Assembly: GCA_965228425.1 (NCBI GenBank)
Contig: OZ245815.1
Location: 2,957,234-3,021,233, forward strand
DNA: 64,000 nt
From: Alphaproteobacteria bacterium
GTDB taxonomy: Bacteria > Pseudomonadota > Alphaproteobacteria > UBA8366
Direction: 5' to 3'
Part shown: positions 1 through 10,375 of the stretch, one piece after another
Numbering within the stretch: the first letter of the stretch is position 1
Layout of the letters: each line of letters begins with the position of its first letter
Made by a program: the position numbers and the translations under genes
Notes under the pieces: generated by a model
Database searches by the model: none
Told to the model about the DNA's origin: nothing
Seen by the model: only the letters and a program-made list of their open reading frames with translations

Positions 1-338
1 TTCCGGCCACCACGTCGCCAACCCTGATCGAGGACATTATCCGGGGTGAAATGGGTTTCGACGGCCTTTTGCTGAGCGACGATCTGAGCATGAAGGCGCT
101 GCAAGGGGGCTTGGAAGACCGGGCGCGGGATGCGGTCGGGGCCGGATGCGACATCGCCCTGCACTGTAACGGCGATATGGCGGAAATGCGCGCCGTGGCC
201 GCGGGGACCCCGGCTTTGTCCGACTCGGGCGTGGACCGGCTGAAACGGGCCCTGTCGCACGTGGCCGGCGGTGGTATTGGCGATGTCGGGGATTGGCAGG
301 TCATGCTTGATGGTTTGTTTACAATAACAATGGGTTGA
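1..338 (+). CDS. nagZ: beta-N-acetylhexosaminidase (NagZ), C-terminal fragment running in from the window edge
   Basis: The frame is open from nt 3. The translation ...IEDIIRGEMGFDGLLLSDDLSMKAL... looks like a GH3 NagZ. The stop is at 336-338. Confidence 0.7.
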   Translation, partial: PATTSPTLIEDIIRGEMGFDGLLLSDDLSMKALQGGLEDRARDAVGAGCDIALHCNGDMAEMRAVAAGTPALSDSGVDRLKRALSHVAGGGIGDVGDWQVMLDGLFTITMG

Positions 339-431
339 AGAGGTTTTCTGAATGCCCGTCGCAGCAAACCGGTTCGCGTTGCAATCTTCCCGATGGGATA
401 AAATGTCCTCCTAAAGTATGATGCGCGGCTT

Positions 432-1259
432 ATGACGAACGAACCACCGTCGCAGGACGGCACGCCCTTTTTCGAAGAAGACACCCGCCCCGCAAAGCCG
501 GGGGAGTCGGGGCCGCTGCTGCTGGACCTGGAAGGGTTCGAAGGGCCGATCGATATCCTGTTGGCGCTGGCGCGGGACCAGAAAGTCGATCTCACGAAGA
601 TTTCGATCTTGAAGCTCGCCGACCAATATCTCGAATTCATCACCCAGGCGCGGGAGCTCCGCCTCGAACTCGCCGCGGACTATCTGGTCATGGCCGCCTG
701 GCTGGCCTATCTCAAATCGCGGCTTCTGCTGCCGTCGGTCGAGGAGGACGGCGAGCAGCTTTCCGCCGCCGAGATGGCCGAACGGCTGGCGTTCCAACTC
801 CAACGGCTGGAAGCGATGCGCAAGATCGGCCGCGCGTTGATGGACCGGCCCCGGCTGAACCGGGATTTCTTCGCCCGCGGTGCGCCGGAACCCGTCGAGG
901 TCGTGAACCACTCGGTCTACGACCTGACGCTCTTCGAATTGCTCAAATCTTATGGTGAATTCCGGACGCGCGAGAACATCACCTCGCTGCGGATCGATCC
1001 GACCGAGTTGTTTTCGACCGAGGCCGCGCTCGACCGATTGCGGTCCCTGCTGGGAGACGTGCCGGATTGGGCGACATTATCGACCTTCCTGCCGGACGAC
1101 ATGCCGCGCGGCTTGGTGGCGCGGTCGGCGATGGCCGCGACCTTTGCCGCGAGCCTTGAGATGGTGAAGGCCGGCGAACTGATGGTGCGGCAGGAAGGGA
1201 CGTTCGCGCCGATCTACGTTCGAAAAGCGACAGAAGAAACGCCAATGGGGACATCTTAG
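432..1259 (+). CDS. scpA: segregation and condensation protein A (ScpA)
   Basis: 275-aa ORF. The N-terminus LLLDLEGFEGPIDILLALARDQKVDLTKISILKLADQYLEF is typical of ScpA. scpB follows immediately. Confidence 0.85.
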   Translation: MTNEPPSQDGTPFFEEDTRPAKPGESGPLLLDLEGFEGPIDILLALARDQKVDLTKISILKLADQYLEFITQARELRLELAADYLVMAAWLAYLKSRLLLPSVEEDGEQLSAAEMAERLAFQLQRLEAMRKIGRALMDRPRLNRDFFARGAPEPVEVVNHSVYDLTLFELLKSYGEFRTRENITSLRIDPTELFSTEAALDRLRSLLGDVPDWATLSTFLPDDMPRGLVARSAMAATFAASLEMVKAGELMVRQEGTFAPIYVRKATEETPMGTS

Positions 1260-1261
1260 GA

Positions 1262-2023
1262 ATGGATCATTTCCAGCAGCTTCGTTTGCTTGAAGCCATG
1301 CTGTTCGCCGCCGCCGCACCGGTGCCCGTAAAGACGATTACCAGCCGCATGCCGGAGGGGACGGACGTCAAGGCGCTGCTCGAGGAGCTCCAGGGCATCT
1401 ACGCCAACCGGGGCGTCCATCTGTGCCGTATCGGCAAGGGGTGGGGGTTCCGCACCGCGCCGGACCTAGCGCCGCATTTGCGGGTCGAGAACACGGTGTC
1501 CCGGCGGATGTCGCGGGCGGCGATCGAAACGCTCGCGATCATCGCTTATCACCAACCGATCACCCGGGCGGAGATCGAGGAAATGCGCGGCGTCGCGCTC
1601 AGCCGGGGAACGCTCGATCTGCTGCTCGAAGCCGGCTGGATACGGCCGCGGGGGCGCCGGCGGACCCCCGGTCGTCCGGTGACGTGGGGCACGTCGGAGA
1701 ATTTTCTGGATCATTTCGGTCTGGAAAGCGTGGATGCGCTGCCGGGGGTCGACGAATTGAAAGCGGCGGGTCTGTTGGACCGCAAACCGGGCTTCGGGCC
1801 GTTGAGCGAAATCCGCGAGCAGCCCACCACCGAAGAATCCGATGAGGAGTCGGCCGAGGAGGAGGAATTGTCGGCGGAGGAAGCCGTCGAGGCGGAGTTC
1901 GGCGACGATCCCGGCCCCGAGGAAACCGCCGAGGAGACGCCTGAATCGGATGACGAGGAAGAGCGGCCGACCGCCGAGGTCGTCGATTTACCGCAGTTCG
2001 CACGCTCCCGGGGCGGCGAATAG
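1262..2023 (+). CDS. scpB: segregation and condensation protein B (ScpB) with a long acidic C-terminal tail
   Basis: LRLLEAMLFAA..., AIETLAIIAYHQPITRAEIEEMRGV and a winged-helix pattern. It starts 3 nt after the scpA stop. Confidence 0.85.
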   Translation: MDHFQQLRLLEAMLFAAAAPVPVKTITSRMPEGTDVKALLEELQGIYANRGVHLCRIGKGWGFRTAPDLAPHLRVENTVSRRMSRAAIETLAIIAYHQPITRAEIEEMRGVALSRGTLDLLLEAGWIRPRGRRRTPGRPVTWGTSENFLDHFGLESVDALPGVDELKAAGLLDRKPGFGPLSEIREQPTTEESDEESAEEEELSAEEAVEAEFGDDPGPEETAEETPESDDEEERPTAEVVDLPQFARSRGGE

Positions 2024-2116
2024 TCCGGATGCATACCTTGCGTTAACGCAATTGCGACTTAATCTAGGTAGCAGTATTAATGTCGTGTGACGCAGAAACA
2101 GCATCTGGGAAGACGG

Positions 2117-3184
2117 GTGACCACACCGGCAGCACTCGAATTGGAAGGGCTTGGCCACACCTACGGTGACGTTACCGCCGTGGAATCCTTCAGTCTTTCC
2201 GTCGCCGCCGGTGAAGTCGTATGCCTGCTCGGGCCTTCCGGATGCGGTAAAACGACGGTATTGCGGCTGGCCGCGGGACTGGAAGAGTTGCAGCTAGGCC
2301 GGGTCGCGATCAATGGCCAGGAGGTTGCCGGCCCGGGAATTTGGGTGCCGCCCGAGGATCGCAGCGTCGGGCTGGTGTTCCAGGATTTCGCATTGTTCCC
2401 CCATCTCACCGTCGCGCAGAATGTGGATTTCGGGCTGACGGGCATGCGCGGCGAAGCCCGCCGGGCGCGTTGCGACGAGGTTTTGCGCCGGGTCGGTGTT
2501 GCCGATTTGGCCGACCGCTATCCGCATGCCCTGTCGGGCGGTCAGCAACAACGTGTGGCGTTGGCCCGCGCCATGGCGCCGAGCCCGCCGCTGATCCTGT
2601 TGGATGAACCGTTCTCCGGCCTCGATTCCCGGTTGCGGGACCAGGTACGCGATCAGACGCTGCATCTCCTGAAGCATAGTGGTCAAGCCACGCTGATGGT
2701 CACCCATGATGCCGAGGAAGCGATGTTCATGGCGGATCGCATCGCCGTCATGCGCGACGGCAGCAATGTTCAGACGGATCGGCCGGACGCGCTGTACTAC
2801 GAGCCGGTAGACGCTTTCGTCACCGAATTCTTCAGCGACGTGAACCGGTTGACCGGCGTGGTTCAGAACGGAAGCGTCTATACGCCGTTCGGCAATCTGC
2901 CGGCCGATCCGATGCGGGACGGACAGTCCGCTGAAATCCTGATCCGGCCGGAAGCGTTGCGCCTGTCTGCAACCTCTAACGGCGAGGAAGGAACGGCGCG
3001 CGTGCTGGCGTCCCGTATGCTGGGGCGGTCAAGCTTGGTTCACCTTTGCACCTGCCGCCAAATCGGCGAGGAAATCCATCTTCATGCACGGGTTCCGGGG
3101 CGGTTTCTGCCGAAGGAGAACGAGGTCCTTCAGGTCACCTTGGATTCGACGCAAGCGTTCGTGTTCCCGGCCGCGCAGAGTTGA
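2117..3184 (+). CDS. ABC transporter ATP-binding protein (FbpC/PotA-like with a C-terminal TOBE-like domain); no permease or binding protein is adjacent
   Basis: Walker A GPSGCGKTT, signature LSGGQQQRVALARA and Walker B LILLDEP. The ORF is open from GTG 2087. I chose GTG 2117 because a GGAAG lies just upstream, so the start is uncertain. Confidence 0.8.
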   Translation: MTTPAALELEGLGHTYGDVTAVESFSLSVAAGEVVCLLGPSGCGKTTVLRLAAGLEELQLGRVAINGQEVAGPGIWVPPEDRSVGLVFQDFALFPHLTVAQNVDFGLTGMRGEARRARCDEVLRRVGVADLADRYPHALSGGQQQRVALARAMAPSPPLILLDEPFSGLDSRLRDQVRDQTLHLLKHSGQATLMVTHDAEEAMFMADRIAVMRDGSNVQTDRPDALYYEPVDAFVTEFFSDVNRLTGVVQNGSVYTPFGNLPADPMRDGQSAEILIRPEALRLSATSNGEEGTARVLASRMLGRSSLVHLCTCRQIGEEIHLHARVPGRFLPKENEVLQVTLDSTQAFVFPAAQS

Positions 3185-3366
3185 CCACATAAGCGTCGCG
3201 CGGAACGGCGTTCGAAGTCGATTGTCAGGGCGCTCAACGGCTTGGAATGCTGGGATTTCGGGATATCTCCTGGTATCAAAGGATCGTTGCGGGGCAGAGC
3301 GTGTTCTGCAATGATCGGCGCCATCTGACGCGTATCGACCCGCGCCGGTAACAAGGAGACTTCAGC

Positions 3367-3609
3367 TTGGGCACATTCAGTATTTGGCATTGGCTTATCG
3401 TCCTGGCCGTTGTCCTGATCTTATTCGGCGGCGGCGGGAAACTGTCGCGGCTTATGGGTGATTTTGGTAAAGGTTTGAAGTCCTTCAAGAAACAGGTGAA
3501 GGACGAGAACGGCGACAACGCCGACTCCCGGCCGGTCACGAATAACACGGAGGCCGAGAAGGTTGCCTCTCCGACGGCAGCGGAAAATGACAAGGCCGCG
3601 AAGGGCTAG
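3367..3609 (+). CDS. tatA: twin-arginine translocase subunit TatA
   Basis: [42 protein letters not shown] is a canonical TatA N-terminus. TTG start with AAGGAGA upstream. Confidence 0.9.
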   Translation: MGTFSIWHWLIVLAVVLILFGGGGKLSRLMGDFGKGLKSFKKQVKDENGDNADSRPVTNNTEAEKVASPTAAENDKAAKG

Positions 3610-3653
3610 CCGCGTCACCGTCCTGAAATCCGTTCAACGCATGACGTGCCGCC

Positions 3654-4073
3654 ATGTTTGACATCGGCTGGCAGGAACTTTTCCTCGTCGCCCTGATCAC
3701 CATCATCGTGGTCGGACCGAAGGAATTGCCGCGCGTGCTCCGCACCGTAACCCTCTGGATTCGCAAGGTTCGGTCGATGGCGCGCGAATTCCAGGACGGT
3801 ATCGACGATCTCGCCCGCGAAGCCGACCTGGAGGACCTCCGCAAGGATATCGAAAAGGGCGCCGGTGTCGATTTCGGAGACGAGATCGAGCGGACGATCG
3901 ACCCGTCCGGCGAGATGCGGGAGGCCGTCCAGGAGATCGGCGGCGCCGTCGAGGATACGAAGGACGCGGTCAACGACCCGAAGATCGCCGCCGACAGGCC
4001 CAAGCGGGTCGAAGGCGACACCGCCGGGCCTGATCCGAAAACTAACGGCAGCAAGACGGAAAGCGCCGGATGA
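3654..4073 (+). CDS. tatB: twin-arginine translocase subunit TatB
   Basis: MFDIGWQELFLVALITIIVVGPKELPRVLRTV... Its stop overlaps the tatC start (ATGA). Confidence 0.85.
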   Translation: MFDIGWQELFLVALITIIVVGPKELPRVLRTVTLWIRKVRSMAREFQDGIDDLAREADLEDLRKDIEKGAGVDFGDEIERTIDPSGEMREAVQEIGGAVEDTKDAVNDPKIAADRPKRVEGDTAGPDPKTNGSKTESAG

Positions 4074-4873
4074 GCGGGGATATCGAAGAAGCGAAAATGC
4101 CCCTGCTCGACCATTTGATCGAGCTTCGGCGGCGGCTGATCTACAGCGCGGTGTCCTTTCTGGTTTGTTTCTTGGTCAGCTTTTATTTCGCCGATCCGAT
4201 CTTCAATTTCCTCGTAGCGCCACTCGCCGACCTCTGGACCGGCCAGGAGTCCCGGCGGCTGATCTATACCGCGCTGCACGAGAAATTCTTCACCGAGATC
4301 AAGGTCGCGTTCTTTGCCGGAGCATTCCTCGCCTTTCCGCTGATTTCCAACCAGATTTGGATGTTCGTGGCGCCGGGACTGTATCGCCACGAAAAGCGCG
4401 CTTTTCTGCCGTTCCTGATCGCCACACCCTTCCTGTTCCTGCTCGGCGCGGCCTTCGTCTACTACTTGGTTCTGCCGGTTGCGTGGCAGTTCTTTGCGGG
4501 TTTCGAACAGACTGGCGGGGAAGGCCAACTCGCGATCGCCCTGGAACCCAAGGTCAACGAGTACCTGTCCCTGGTCATGCGGCTGATCTTCGCGTTCGGC
4601 ATCAGCTTCGAATTGCCGGTCCTGCTGACCTTGTTGGCGCGTGCTGGATTGGCCACCAGCCAGGGCATGCGGGAGAAACGGCGCTATGCGATCGTCGCGG
4701 CGTTCGTCGCCGCCGCGATCCTGACGCCGCCCGATCCGCTGAGCCAGATCGGGCTCGCGCTGCCGATCATCGCGTTGTACGAAATTTCGATCTGGTGCGC
4801 GCGGCTGGTCGAGCGCAAGCGCAAGGAGCGTGAAGACGCATTGGATGCTGAGCTCGAGGATGATGACATCTGA
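4070..4873 (+). CDS. tatC: twin-arginine translocase subunit TatC
   Basis: 267-aa polytopic protein. MPLLDHLIELRRRLIYS..., with the TatC-type six-TM pattern. Confidence 0.9.
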   Translation: MSGDIEEAKMPLLDHLIELRRRLIYSAVSFLVCFLVSFYFADPIFNFLVAPLADLWTGQESRRLIYTALHEKFFTEIKVAFFAGAFLAFPLISNQIWMFVAPGLYRHEKRAFLPFLIATPFLFLLGAAFVYYLVLPVAWQFFAGFEQTGGEGQLAIALEPKVNEYLSLVMRLIFAFGISFELPVLLTLLARAGLATSQGMREKRRYAIVAAFVAAAILTPPDPLSQIGLALPIIALYEISIWCARLVERKRKEREDALDAELEDDDI

Positions 4874-4937
4874 CGGCTGGACCCGTATAAAGCCGCAGAA
4901 TTCTTTATATATCCTCATTTGAGACCGGTTTAGAGCC

Positions 4938-6218
4938 ATGCACGACCTGCGCTTCATTCGTGAAAACCCGGACGCATTCGACGCGGGCCTCGCCCGCCGT
5001 GGTCTTGCGCCCGCCTCGGCGGAAATTCTGGAGTTGGATGTTCAACGGCGCGCGGCGCAGACGTCGATGCAGGAGATGCAGCAGCGCCGTAACGAGGCGT
5101 CGAAGCTGATCGGCGCGGCCAAGAAGTCCGGCGAGGACGCGGCCGATCTGATTGCCGAGGTGCAGTCGATCAAGGATCGTATGGACGCCGCCGAAAAGGA
5201 CGAACGTGTCCAGGCAGCCGCCTTGAAGGGAATTCTCGAAACCTTGCCCAACCTGCCGGCGGACGATGTGCCGGATGGGGCGGACGAAGGCGATAACCGT
5301 GAGGAGCGCACGGTCGGCGAGGCGCGCCCAATGACTTTCGAGGCGCGCGAACATTTCGATCTCGGTGAAGCGCTCGGCATGATGGATTTCGAGACCGCCG
5401 CAAAGCTCTCCGGCTCCCGCTTCGTGGTGCTGTCAGGCGCGTTGGCGAAGCTGGATAGGGCGCTCGCGAACTTCATGCTGACCCTGCATACCGAGGAGTT
5501 CGGTTACACCGAGGTCGTGCCGCCGGCCCTGGTGCGCTCGCAGACCATGTACGGCACGGGCCAACTGCCGAAGTTCGAAGAGGACCTCTATCGCGCCGGC
5601 GACGATTTCTGGCTGATTCCGACGGCGGAAGTGCCGTTGACGAGCCTGGTTGCCGACGACGTAACCAATGTCGACGAATTGCCGATCCGCGTGACCGCCT
5701 GGACGCCGTGTTTCCGCTCCGAAGCGGGTTCGGCGGGCAAGGATACGCGCGGCATGCTGCGGCAGCATCAATTCAGCAAGGTGGAATTGGTCAGCATCAC
5801 GCATCCCGACGAGTCGGAGAACGAGTTGGAGCGCATGACCGGGTGTGCGGAAGAGGTCTTGAAACGCCTCGGCCTATCTTACCGGCTCGTGACGCTGTGC
5901 ACCGGCGACATGGGTTTCAATGCCCGCAAGACCTACGATATCGAGGTCTGGTTGCCTGGACAGAACCGATACCGGGAAATTTCGAGCTGCTCGAATTGCT
6001 GGGATTTCCAGGCGCGGCGCATGAACGCGCGATTCAAGGTGCCGACCGAGAAGGGGACCCGGTTTGTCCACACGCTGAACGGTTCCGGCCTCGCTGTCGG
6101 GCGGACCCTGATCGCGGTGTTGGAGAATTACCAGCAGGAGGATGGGTCGATCGCCGTTCCCGATGCGCTGAAGCCCTTCATGGGCGGGCAGGATCGTATC
6201 GAGGTCGATCGAGGATAA
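4938..6218 (+). CDS. serS: seryl-tRNA synthetase
   Basis: 426 aa. [15 protein letters not shown]... N-terminal coiled coil followed by a class-II core ([39 protein letters not shown]). Confidence 0.95.
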   Translation: MHDLRFIRENPDAFDAGLARRGLAPASAEILELDVQRRAAQTSMQEMQQRRNEASKLIGAAKKSGEDAADLIAEVQSIKDRMDAAEKDERVQAAALKGILETLPNLPADDVPDGADEGDNREERTVGEARPMTFEAREHFDLGEALGMMDFETAAKLSGSRFVVLSGALAKLDRALANFMLTLHTEEFGYTEVVPPALVRSQTMYGTGQLPKFEEDLYRAGDDFWLIPTAEVPLTSLVADDVTNVDELPIRVTAWTPCFRSEAGSAGKDTRGMLRQHQFSKVELVSITHPDESENELERMTGCAEEVLKRLGLSYRLVTLCTGDMGFNARKTYDIEVWLPGQNRYREISSCSNCWDFQARRMNARFKVPTEKGTRFVHTLNGSGLAVGRTLIAVLENYQQEDGSIAVPDALKPFMGGQDRIEVDRG

Positions 6219-6235
6219 GGGGCTGCGGCGAGACG

Positions 6236-7024
6236 ATGGTGGACTTGGCGAACGCCCGTATTTTGGTGGTGAACGATGACGGGATCGCCGCGCCCGGCCT
6301 CAAGGTAATGGAAAAGATTGCCCGCTCGCTGGGCAAAGAAGTGTGGGTCGTCGCCCCGCAGACCGAACAGAGCGGCGCCAGTCATGCCTTTACGGTGACC
6401 AATTCGATCCGGGTCGAGAAGCTTGGCCGGCGGCGGTTCGCCGTTTCGGGTAGCCCGACCGATTGCGTGTTGCTGGCGGTGAGCGAGATCATGGCGGGGT
6501 CGCCGCCGGACCTTGTGCTGTCGGGCGTCAACAAAGGCGCCAACCTCGCCGAGGAGGTGATCTATTCCGGGACCGTGGCGGGCGCCATGGAGGGCGCGCT
6601 CTTGGGGTTCCGGTCGATCGCGTTGAGCCAGGCCACCGGCCCCGGCCGCACGATCGATTGGTCGACGTCGCGCCGCTACGGCGCGGACATCGTTCGGCAA
6701 CTGCTGTCTGTCGACTGGACGCGCGATGTCTTCATGAACGTCAATTTTCCGGCCTGCCCGGCGAACGATGTGCAGGATACCGTCGTGGTGCCGCAAGGCC
6801 GGCGCAGCGCCGGGTACGAGATACATGGCGTGCCGCTGCGAGGCCGCCAGTACTACATGATCGGTGAAGCGCAACACGACAATCGTCGGAAACGGGGAGA
6901 TGCCGACTTCCGCGCGATCGACCGGAATGACATCGCGATCACACCGTTGCACGTCGATCTGACTCATCGCGGCTCGTTAACGACTATTCGCTCGCTTTTT
7001 GCTACAACAAGTCCCGAACGCTAG
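6236..7024 (+). CDS. surE: 5'/3'-nucleotidase SurE
   Basis: MVDLANARILVVNDDGIAAPGL... and SGVNKGANL motifs. The ATG at 6236 lies inside a longer spurious ORF (5708..7024) that overlaps serS. Confidence 0.9.
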   Translation: MVDLANARILVVNDDGIAAPGLKVMEKIARSLGKEVWVVAPQTEQSGASHAFTVTNSIRVEKLGRRRFAVSGSPTDCVLLAVSEIMAGSPPDLVLSGVNKGANLAEEVIYSGTVAGAMEGALLGFRSIALSQATGPGRTIDWSTSRRYGADIVRQLLSVDWTRDVFMNVNFPACPANDVQDTVVVPQGRRSAGYEIHGVPLRGRQYYMIGEAQHDNRRKRGDADFRAIDRNDIAITPLHVDLTHRGSLTTIRSLFATTSPER

Positions 7025-7048
7025 ACGCAAACCACACGGGACCTCGCG

Positions 7049-7699
7049 TTGACGCCGCCGACCCAAAAAATTCGTCTGATTCTCGAGCTTCGCCGCGCCG
7101 GTATCACGGACACCGGCTTACTGTCGGCGTTGGAGAAAGTACCGCGCGGCTTGTTCGTCCCCGACGCGTTTCAGGATCAGACGTGGGAAGACACCGCGCT
7201 GCCGATCGGGCATGGGCAGACCATCAGCCAGCCGACCGTCGTGGCACGGATGGTGCAAGCACTGACTCCCGACAACAACTTGAAAGTACTGGAGATCGGC
7301 AGCGGTTCGGGGTATCAGACTGCGATCCTGTCGTATCTGTTTCGCCGGGTCTATGCGATCGAACGCGAAGGAACTCTGATGCAACGCGCCGAGGACCGTA
7401 TCGCGGAGTTGCGCCGTCACAATGTGACCGGCCGCACCGGGGATGGAAGTCTGGGGTGGCCCGAACAGGCGCCGTTCGAGCGGATTCTGGTATCCGCCGC
7501 ATCCGAGGAAATCCCGCCGCTGTTGTGGGACCAACTCGCGGTCGGTGGGATCATGGTTTGCCCCTTGGGCGAAGATCGCGGCGAACAGCAAATCATGCGA
7601 TTCGTCAAAACGGACGGTGTACCGGACGTGCAAGAGCTCGGTCCGGTCCGGTTCGTGCCGCTCGTGTCCGGGCGGGCGCAACGGAAGATCGCGGTGTAA
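7049..7699 (+). CDS. pcm: protein-L-isoaspartate O-methyltransferase
   Basis: VPRGLFVP, GQTISQPTVVARM and the SAM motif VLEIGSGSGYQTA. Sits in surE-pcm-nlpD order. TTG start. Confidence 0.9.
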   Translation: MTPPTQKIRLILELRRAGITDTGLLSALEKVPRGLFVPDAFQDQTWEDTALPIGHGQTISQPTVVARMVQALTPDNNLKVLEIGSGSGYQTAILSYLFRRVYAIEREGTLMQRAEDRIAELRRHNVTGRTGDGSLGWPEQAPFERILVSAASEEIPPLLWDQLAVGGIMVCPLGEDRGEQQIMRFVKTDGVPDVQELGPVRFVPLVSGRAQRKIAV

Positions 7700-8955
7700 T
7701 GATCATGCAGCGATGCTCTCCTCGAACCCTCGGACTTGCGGCCACATTGCTTGCCTTGTTGATCGGCGCCTGTGCGCAGCCGGCTGATGTGGTGCTATAC
7801 GAAGAAAACGCGCGCGCAAAGGAACGGCAATTGGCCTCACGTCGGGGCATCAAGGAGCCGCAAGCACCGATTCCCCGCGCCAAGCCCCGGCAGGGACGCG
7901 GCAGCGGCGTCATCGAGAGCAAGCCGTTGCCTCCGCCGGGGGGCGCTTCCAAACAGCAGGCGCTCAGCGGTTTCACCCGCGGCAAGACCGCGGTAACGGC
8001 CTTCGATCGGAAGGGGGCCGCCGGAAAATACCAGCCGGTCCCGGCAAGTGGCGTTCATATCGTTACCAAGAAACAGACGGTCTACGCGATATCGCGCCTT
8101 TATGGCGTGCCGGTGCGCAGCCTGTTGATCATCAACGAGCTCGAGCCGCCGTATATCTTGGCGCTGGGGCAGAAGATCAAGGTGCCGGCGCAGCGCACCC
8201 ACCTGGTGAACAAGGGCGACACGGTCTATTCGATTTCCCGGCGCTACGACGTTTCGCGCAAGGAACTCATGCGGCTGAACGGCGTCGGAACGCCCTTTAC
8301 GATCAAAATCGGCCAGACGCTCCTGCTCCCGGCGACTCAGGCCGCCGTGACGACGGTGGCGGCCGTGGATCGGGGCGAAGGGGATAGGTCGAACATTCCG
8401 CCTGCGGCGGCCGCGCCGTCACGGCCTGCGCCGTCGCCGGAATCGCAGGTTGCCATCGCGCCGCCGCGACAGGTCATCGTGCCGCCGTCGACCAACATTC
8501 CACGGCCCAAGGGGCTCAGTCGGGGCGGTTTCATGTGGCCGATATCCGGGCGCGTGATCTCCCGGTTCGGCCCGAAGCGGGGCGGACTGCACAATGATGG
8601 GATCAACATCGCCGCGCCGCGCGGGACGCCGATCCTGGCGGCACAGAACGGCGTGGTGGCCTATCGTGGCAACGAATTGCGCGGATTCGGGAATCTCATC
8701 CTGATCAAGCACGCCAAGGGATACATGACTGCCTATGCGCACACCGACAAGATTTTGGTGAAGCGGGGGCAGCGGGTTTCGCGCGGACAGACGATCGCCA
8801 AAGTCGGCAGTTCGGGCAACGTGGCCAAGCCGCAGCTTCATTTCGAGATTCGCAAGGGCCGCCGTGCGGTCAATCCCAAGAAATACTTGCGGCAGCGGCG
8901 CGCCGCCCTGGGCGGGTCAGGAACCGTTAAGCTGCTGGCCAAGCCGTCCGGCTAG
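7699..8955 (+). CDS. nlpD: LysM-domain M23 peptidase lipoprotein (NlpD-like)
   Basis: Lipobox LLIGAC. Two LysM repeats (HIVTKKQTVYAISRLYGV..., HLVNKGDTVYSISRRYDV...). M23 domain (GINIAAPRGTPILAAQNG..., HFEIRKG). The start overlaps the pcm stop (TAATG). Confidence 0.85.
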   Translation: MIMQRCSPRTLGLAATLLALLIGACAQPADVVLYEENARAKERQLASRRGIKEPQAPIPRAKPRQGRGSGVIESKPLPPPGGASKQQALSGFTRGKTAVTAFDRKGAAGKYQPVPASGVHIVTKKQTVYAISRLYGVPVRSLLIINELEPPYILALGQKIKVPAQRTHLVNKGDTVYSISRRYDVSRKELMRLNGVGTPFTIKIGQTLLLPATQAAVTTVAAVDRGEGDRSNIPPAAAAPSRPAPSPESQVAIAPPRQVIVPPSTNIPRPKGLSRGGFMWPISGRVISRFGPKRGGLHNDGINIAAPRGTPILAAQNGVVAYRGNELRGFGNLILIKHAKGYMTAYAHTDKILVKRGQRVSRGQTIAKVGSSGNVAKPQLHFEIRKGRRAVNPKKYLRQRRAALGGSGTVKLLAKPSG

Positions 8956-9783
8956 ATCCTGTACGTATTGCCAGGCGACGCGGCCGGACCGCGCGCCGCG
9001 GGTGACCGACCATTCCTTCGCTTCCGCCTTCCAATCGATGTCGCCGGTCTTCAGGCCGTAATGCGCGATATAGCCTTCGATCATCGCGAAGAAGGTGTCC
9101 TGGTCGCAGTTGTGGAAGCCGAGCCATAGGCCGAACCGGTCCGACAGCGACACTTTCTCCTCGACCGCCTCGGAGGGGTTGATCGCCGTGGAACGCTCGT
9201 TCTCCATCATGTCGCGCGGCAGTAGGTGCCGCCGGTTGGAAGTCGCATAGAAAATCACGTTGCCGGGACGGCCTTCGATACCGCCTTCCAGCATCGCTTT
9301 CAGCGACTTGTAGCTGGCGTCGTCGCCATCGAAGGACAGATCGTCGCAGAAGACGATACAGCGGCGGCTGCTGCCGCGGAGAAGACCCAGCAGATGGGGC
9401 AGGCTCGGGATGTCCTCGCGATGGATTTCGACCAAGGCGAGGCTGCGGCCGTCCTCGGCATTGATCTGGGCGTGAACCGCCTTCACCAGCGAGCTTTTGC
9501 CCGTACCGCGCGCGCCCCAGAGCAGGGCGTTGTTGGCGGGAAGGCCATCGGCGAACCGCCGGGTGTTCTCCAGCAGGGTCTCAACCTGACGCCCTATACC
9601 TTTGAGAAGATTGATATCGATGCGGTTGACCACGGGAACTGGGTCGAGGGTGTTGGCCTCGGCGCGCCATACGAAGGCGTCGGCGGCGTCGAAATCCGCG
9701 GCGGCGACGGTCTCTGGGGCCAATCGCTCCAGCGCGTCGGCGATCCGCGTTAACAGGGTATGGGTCTTGTTATTGTCGTTCAT
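8917..9783 (-). CDS. P-loop ATP-binding protein (DUF815/AAA-like)
   Basis: Walker A GARGTGKSSLVKA and Walker B-like CIVFCDDLSF. The ORF is open to 9858, and I chose ATG 9783 to give ~288 aa. The 3' end overlaps the nlpD 3' end convergently by 39 nt. Confidence 0.7.
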   Translation of the reverse strand: MNDNNKTHTLLTRIADALERLAPETVAAADFDAADAFVWRAEANTLDPVPVVNRIDINLLKGIGRQVETLLENTRRFADGLPANNALLWGARGTGKSSLVKAVHAQINAEDGRSLALVEIHREDIPSLPHLLGLLRGSSRRCIVFCDDLSFDGDDASYKSLKAMLEGGIEGRPGNVIFYATSNRRHLLPRDMMENERSTAINPSEAVEEKVSLSDRFGLWLGFHNCDQDTFFAMIEGYIAHYGLKTGDIDWKAEAKEWSVTRGARSGRVAWQYVQDLAGRLGQQLNGS

Positions 9784-9967
9784 CGCATCGATATACCGGA
9801 AATGGCGTGCTTTTTCACGCCGGCGGCGGACCCTAGCGATGGGAGGGGCAGTCGTCAATTATGGGGCGGCGTGGCGGACCGGGCGTTTAGCTCGATTGAA
9901 ATTACGGCACGGACCGGTATAGTCCGCCCTCTGTGCACAAGCGTGCAAGCCCATCTGGGAGACTTTG

Positions 9968-10342
9968 ATGTTTATTTCGACTGCTTGGGCCCAGGGGGCC
10001 GGTGGTGGCGGGGGCGGCCTTCTGGAGGCGATGATCCCGCTGGTGCTTATTTTCGCCGTTTTCTATTTCCTCCTGATCCGGCCGCAACAAAAGAAGATGA
10101 AGGCTCATCGGGAGATGCTCACCGCGGTGCGGCGAGGTGACAAAATCATCACCGGCGGCGGCATTTACGGAACCGTGACCAAGGTGGTCAACGAGAACGA
10201 ACTCGCGGTGCAGATCGCGGACGGGGTGCGGATTCGCGTTTCGCGCGGCACGATCGCCGAGGTCTTGTCGAAGACCGAGCCGGTGCAAGCGGAAAAGAAG
10301 GAAAAGAGCGATAAAGCCGCCGGCGATGCCAAGGCGAGCTAG
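9968..10342 (+). CDS. yajC: preprotein translocase subunit YajC
   Basis: IPLVLIFAVFYFLLIRPQQKKMKAHREML..., GDKIITGGGIYGTV. Lies upstream of secDF. GGGAGA Shine-Dalgarno (SD) sequence. Confidence 0.9.
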   Translation: MFISTAWAQGAGGGGGGLLEAMIPLVLIFAVFYFLLIRPQQKKMKAHREMLTAVRRGDKIITGGGIYGTVTKVVNENELAVQIADGVRIRVSRGTIAEVLSKTEPVQAEKKEKSDKAAGDAKAS

Positions 10343-10375
10343 ACCGGTTCCGGACCTTAGCTGAAACAGAGGCCT

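Noticed and set aside
3536-4957. 473-aa ORF on the minus strand
   Set aside because: It is antisense to tatA, tatB and tatC, which have textbook sequences. Its composition is that of a GC-rich shadow frame.
5708-7698. Long N-terminal extensions of the surE (5708) and nlpD (7183) track ORFs
   Set aside because: The extensions overlap serS and pcm in other frames and translate to Arg/Gly-rich sequence. Internal ATGs (6236 and 7699) give canonical SurE and lipoprotein N-termini.
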